Shown here piece after piece: positions 61,401 through 64,000 of a DNA stretch of 64,000 bases; within the stretch, counting starts at the first letter, position 1, and the number at the start of each line of letters is the position of its first letter. Source of the stretch: Meyerozyma guilliermondii (lineage: Eukaryota); NCBI GenBank assembly GCA_051546255.1, contig CP128819.1, positions 682,001-746,000 of the forward strand. Direction: 5' to 3'. The notes beneath the pieces are model-generated. The model saw only the letters and a list, made by a program, of their open reading frames with translations. It was not told the DNA's origin and did no database searches. A program made the position numbers and the translations under genes.

Positions 61401-64000
61401 AGAGGCGCGATAAGTACTACAACTTGACCGAGACCTTTCTCCAAGCCGGAGGTTGTGCTCTAGCAAGAAGTGAACCTGTCCAGTATCGTTCGGATGAACA
61501 CCTTCTTCCCTTGCAATGTAACTTTGAGGTAATGGAATCAGCACTTCGAAGCGTTGTACATAATTTACCGCTCATCCTCACAGGACCCAGCAGTTCTGGT
61601 AAGACAAGCATTGTCAAATTTCTTGGATCAATTCTTGGACGGAAAGTCGACATATTTGCCATGAATAATGATGTCGATAGCACTGATATTTTGGGAGGCT
61701 TTGAACAGGTTGACTTGACAAAAGCTGTCAATAACTATATTGGCGAAGTGATTCCTTTCTTGCACGAATCATTGTTAGCATCAGATTTGACTAACACCAA
61801 AAATTCTTCAATAGCTAATTTGTTGAAGAATCTCGAGCAGTCTCAGTATGATACTACCAATTTCGACCAATTGTTATCAGCTTTAGAAAGTCTAGAACTT
61901 GGACACTTAGCAGCTAGAGGACGGGAAATTTCCAACAAAATCAACCTGTCCAAAGGAATCAGATTTGAGTGGTTTGACGGTTTACTTGTTAAGGCTGTCC
62001 AAAACGGCCATTGGCTTATTCTTGACAACGCCAACCTTTGCAGTCCGTCTGTCCTTGATCGTCTCAACTCTTTGCTTGAAAGAAATGGAAAATTGATCAT
62101 CAATGAATGCAGCAACGAATTTGGTGAACCAAGAGTTATAACTCCACATCCTGACTTTAGGTTGTTTTTAACCACGGATCCAAAATACGGAGAGTTGTCT
62201 CGAGCTATGAGAAATAGAGGAGTTGAAGTGTTTTTGGACTCCTTGAACGCCAGATTGACCACCTTTGATCGCTCTTTACTTGGAGTCGAAGAGCAAGAAA
62301 TCAGTACTGAAAAATTCAAAATGGAAGAACGAATTGAAAAACTCAAATTGGAGGAAGAAAACAAGGCAGGAGTTTCACGCATTCCACTTTCCGCATGTAT
62401 TCATTCTGAACTTTCCACCACAAGACATTTGGGTGTTCTTCATGACATGGTGATGGAGAGGTCAATGACGAGCGTATCTCTTGGAGCCTTATCGCCTCAA
62501 ACCGCTGACGACTTGAAATCATTGAGAGATACTATTCACTCATCGAAACTTTTCGAAGCTGATTTTGAGCTCAACGTCGATTCCATGATTGAAGAGTATA
62601 CTTTGTTGCAAGGTATCGACACTCATCGACAGATGGTTGTATACTTGAACGATTTTTCAGAGCACTTGAAGAGCAAAGGCTTCTCGCTTTCTGAGTTCGA
62701 ACATTTGCAGCCGCTCAATCCTCTTCTCAACACTTTTGTTAACATTACATTTAACAAAGAGGACTTGCACGTTTATGGTAGCGAGTCGATATACTTGTTT
62801 CAAGCTTTGGAATTACTTCTTCATGCGAGAGAATTTGTTTTGAGTTTGCTGAAGACGTCAATGGAAAAAAATGCTAAGGATCTCACTTATTTAGAGAGGT
62901 CTGCAGCATTTGAATTGGGGAGGACATTGAAGAAGTACCCCAAGGTACAAATATTCAGAATCATGAACGAATTGTTGTCGTTTATTTTCGAGGCTTTTCA
63001 AGGACCATCGACGATGTTTAAAGTTCCAGGCGCATTCGAAGCCATCTCGAATTTCTTGATTTTATGGAATAGTCTTGCCGAAAGTGCTTCTGGTCAAAAT
63101 GCATCCAAGCTACCCATCTACAAAGAGCTTATTCAAGAATGGTACGATAGTGTGAAGAGTCACTGGCTGCCTCTGAATGTGGTTTCTCTTTTACACACCT
63201 TGAAGTCTTTTGAGCAAGATATCAATATGACTACAGGTTTGTCCATGGAAGTGATATGGCACGGCTCCAGAGGTAACTATCCTGGATCGGCTAGTTCTTG
63301 GGAGAAAGCTATGCGTATAGTGGAAATCTCCAACAACTTTGACCTGGTTACTCGAAGCCTTCCTTTCAGTAGCCAAATGCAAGAACTTTCCCGTCTGCTC
63401 CAGGAAGTGTTCCGAGACGTGAGCGCCAATGAAGTGCCTGACAGTGAGTTCAACGACTTGTGCACTTTGCTTCTTGATGGAATTACAAGGCTCAGTTCTG
63501 TGAGTAATTACGCACTTCAGGCCCAAGATTTTGGAACAGAATACAGGTTCTTGTTCAACTTTATCATGGCAGATAACTCCTCCAAGTTGTCGCTGCATGA
63601 CAGAATAGCTACCAAGGCTAGAGCTCCCACCATAAAGCTCATTGCGTCGAGTCGTGACGGCAAGATGCCATACCCTTCGGTCTTTGATACTCTTTGGAAT
63701 ATCGATACTTCTGAATCTTTTGTTGATGGTATGTTCACCGACAAGTACCTTCAAGCTTTGTTCTCCAAGGTTGACAACTTTACTTCGTGCTCAGGTGAAC
63801 TTTTGGACGGAACTTACAGTGAAATGATTGAGATGAGACAGCTTTCTATCGAAAATTCTGAGAGCATTCTTCGTGACAAAATCCAAGTTTTCCTGGCGTT
63901 ATTGGTCCAATGGTACATGCACATTATAGATCTTCACAAGGACGTCATATCAGAGAGCTCAGCAGCCTTGTTGTCCACCATAACTGTTGAAGCAGCCGAG
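55448..64000 (+). CDS. MDN1: Midasin, dynein-related AAA+ ATPase for pre-60S maturation (continues beyond the window)
   Basis: ATG at 55448. Six successive AAA Walker A motifs read by hand: GAAGSGKT, GETGTGKT, GPTSAGKT, GETGCGKT, GSPGVGKT and GPSSSGKT, with LDELNLA/LDEMNLA Walker B motifs. It is absent from the track, consistent with no stop before the window end. Confidence 0.95.
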   Translation, partial: MDHSIQLPLDDCQRFYKAYLKSGVKTSQPLAFDPKKSANDNLRRLSVDALHPANTFGALYAYEPVFLDLICRWIDDPLIEADYCKSIGELKPVIEGVIVVNALTRLVGVHQESLNLIEDFISKANFFDRLKENAKESSIAELEYILIAFLRLIDHDAPRFKHFIDPEILHRIINIDSSGAQVAKYLATMILCRYINSSEHAQKVMLDKIENPIGSLEGDHSINFKYFHFLEAKRLNRFMNLPEKVSSSTICIEIQESEFCSLVHLVCGRLIPKHSISDMKSTTDTSFVPTKEALNVIRNVTSHILMNKPVILYGAAGSGKTYLVNQLAKRMGYHDSIVKVHLGDQTDAKILLGTYTSGPKPGSFEWRAGVLTTAVREGKWLLIEDIDRAPTEVLSVLLPLLENRKLSIPSRGEVIRAANGFQIIATIRTSDSKNIPDMIGIRNWTLVPVETPSDKNLKDIIQAKYPLLTDLIPYFIRAFNEVVQLYSSNAFISLNKGSNPRIVSIRDLMKLCARCNKILQNEMTSSVLESSTYDNVFAEVVDCFGSALTEQKALEPIVNTIGEVFEIPTSRVNLFLSKHVPAYNNGDHHLTIGRATLKKDSVGKSTKSVNAASFARTNHSLRLMEQIGAALLMTEPVLLVGETGTGKTTVVQQMAKLMNKKITVINVSQQTESSDLLGGYKPVTSKIMALPLQETFEELFSSTFSKKKNERFSNVLNKCFNKGQWKNVVKLWLESVKMARDVLQKQEPERSEDETPKKKRKLEIKDKVHLLERWCAFEEKARNFETHSSSLEDAFVFDFVEGSLVKAVRNGEWLLLDEINLASPDTLESIADLITDKLEERSLLLTEKGDINSINAHPEFRIFACMNPSTDIGKRDLPLSIRSRFSEIYVHSPDSDIQDLLAIIDKYVGRFSVTDEWLGNDIAELYLSAKKLADSNQIVDGANQRPHFSIRTLTRTLLYVSDIVNIYGVRRSLYEGFCMSFLTLLDSKSEAILHPLIKQYTIEKLKNSNSVMRQTPPDPSNGTDKYVQFKHYWLPQGSFDIIPQPHYIITPFVEKNILNLVRATSGKRFPVLIQGPTSAGKTSMIQYLANISGHKFVRINNHEHTDLQEYLGTYVAVDGKLVFKEGILVEALKNGHWIVLDELNLAPTDVLEALNRLLDDNRELFIPETQEVVHPHPDFMLFATQNPPGIYGGRKILSRAFKNRFLELHFDDIPQDELETILTERCQIAPSYSKKIVEVYRQLSVQRQSTRLFEQKNSFATLRDLFRWALRGAVGYEELAAHGYMILAERVRVPEERETVTRILEKVMRVKLDMDSYYESLENKLLLQSESSLVWTKGMRKLAVLVATSMKYNEPLLLVGETGCGKTTVCQILAHFEGKSLVTVNAHQNTETSDLLGAQRPVRNKKGTNAALTSILQEVLLQNGMAPSDDLIGSLLAVYDSLPKEKVDEEKRSEIKRLRHDLTNLFEWCDGPLVQAMKSGDFFLLDEISLADDSVLERLNSVLEPERSLLLAEKGTEVEPIYASSGFQFLATMNPGGDYGKKELSPALRNRFTEIWVPSMEDMNDTLQIVQSRLDTPFKQLCSPIIEFAKWYAMTFGGGRISSGVISLRDILAWVAFINHAQLDPPSALYHGSLMVFVDSLGTNNTSFLATNEHNLMLQKQSCIEKLSELAGCKFETEGNLELQITESHIKIGHFGIPKNQSPSLTEPFALHAPTTALNAMRVLRGMQVKKPILLEGSPGVGKTSLISALAQASGNPLIRINLSEQTDLVDLFGSDVPTEGGKAGEFVWRDAPFLRAMKHGEWVLLDEMNLASQSVLEGLNACLDHRGTAYIPELGRSFPRHEKFTVFAAQNPQAQGGGRKGLPKSFVNRFTVVYVDTLKAEDLTLIAKHLYPSIDPKISKGIIDVISRIEKEVVIEKKWGQSGGPWEFNLRDTLRWLDMYSSRNLADDITPSDFLNMIVCQRFRTSKDQNMARACFEEVFGPLKRRDKYYNLTETFLQAGGCALARSEPVQYRSDEHLLPLQCNFEVMESALRSVVHNLPLILTGPSSSGKTSIVKFLGSILGRKVDIFAMNNDVDSTDILGGFEQVDLTKAVNNYIGEVIPFLHESLLASDLTNTKNSSIANLLKNLEQSQYDTTNFDQLLSALESLELGHLAARGREISNKINLSKGIRFEWFDGLLVKAVQNGHWLILDNANLCSPSVLDRLNSLLERNGKLIINECSNEFGEPRVITPHPDFRLFLTTDPKYGELSRAMRNRGVEVFLDSLNARLTTFDRSLLGVEEQEISTEKFKMEERIEKLKLEEENKAGVSRIPLSACIHSELSTTRHLGVLHDMVMERSMTSVSLGALSPQTADDLKSLRDTIHSSKLFEADFELNVDSMIEEYTLLQGIDTHRQMVVYLNDFSEHLKSKGFSLSEFEHLQPLNPLLNTFVNITFNKEDLHVYGSESIYLFQALELLLHAREFVLSLLKTSMEKNAKDLTYLERSAAFELGRTLKKYPKVQIFRIMNELLSFIFEAFQGPSTMFKVPGAFEAISNFLILWNSLAESASGQNASKLPIYKELIQEWYDSVKSHWLPLNVVSLLHTLKSFEQDINMTTGLSMEVIWHGSRGNYPGSASSWEKAMRIVEISNNFDLVTRSLPFSSQMQELSRLLQEVFRDVSANEVPDSEFNDLCTLLLDGITRLSSVSNYALQAQDFGTEYRFLFNFIMADNSSKLSLHDRIATKARAPTIKLIASSRDGKMPYPSVFDTLWNIDTSESFVDGMFTDKYLQALFSKVDNFTSCSGELLDGTYSEMIEMRQLSIENSESILRDKIQVFLALLVQWYMHIIDLHKDVISESSAALLSTITVEAAE

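Noticed and set aside
1..64000. Transposons, LTRs, CRISPR arrays or a horizontally acquired island
   Set aside because: I saw no gag/pol/transposase motifs, no TG...CA LTR pair (including near the tRNA), and no repeat-spacer array. Nearly all genes are conserved yeast housekeeping or regulatory genes.

Overview
Gene-dense 64 kb of a budding-yeast chromosome from the CUG-Ser (CTG) clade: conserved serines in Idp1, Ptc6, Rch1 and Ara2 are encoded by CTG. The sequence looks Meyerozyma/Debaryomyces-like, but this is from recall, not a database search. There are about 30 apparently intronless protein genes: MEF1 (cut at the left edge), FAD3, OP4, CHS3, MON2, PTC6, RSM19, DBP6, RAD26, AIM32, EFG1, YET/BAP31, MNR2, SUB1, ARA2, HOF1, RCH1, COG6, an XBP1-like APSES factor, IDP1, a Pcf11-like CID protein, COX8/COX9, VPS33, two tandem TES1-type thioesterases, a Vht1-like MFS permease, an MDR oxidoreductase and MDN1/REA1 (cut at the right edge), plus one tRNA-Lys(UUU). 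I found no transposon, CRISPR array or clearly foreign island. The most notable observations are a +1 frameshift splitting EFG1, a short Pcf11-type CID protein with a C-terminal PP1-docking-like motif, an untracked 54-codon TATA-linked ORF beside OP4, paired Mcm1-like sites upstream of OP4, and a fission-yeast-type biotin transporter behind a dense palindromic GACTC cluster. All family assignments come from motif recognition and need confirmation by search.
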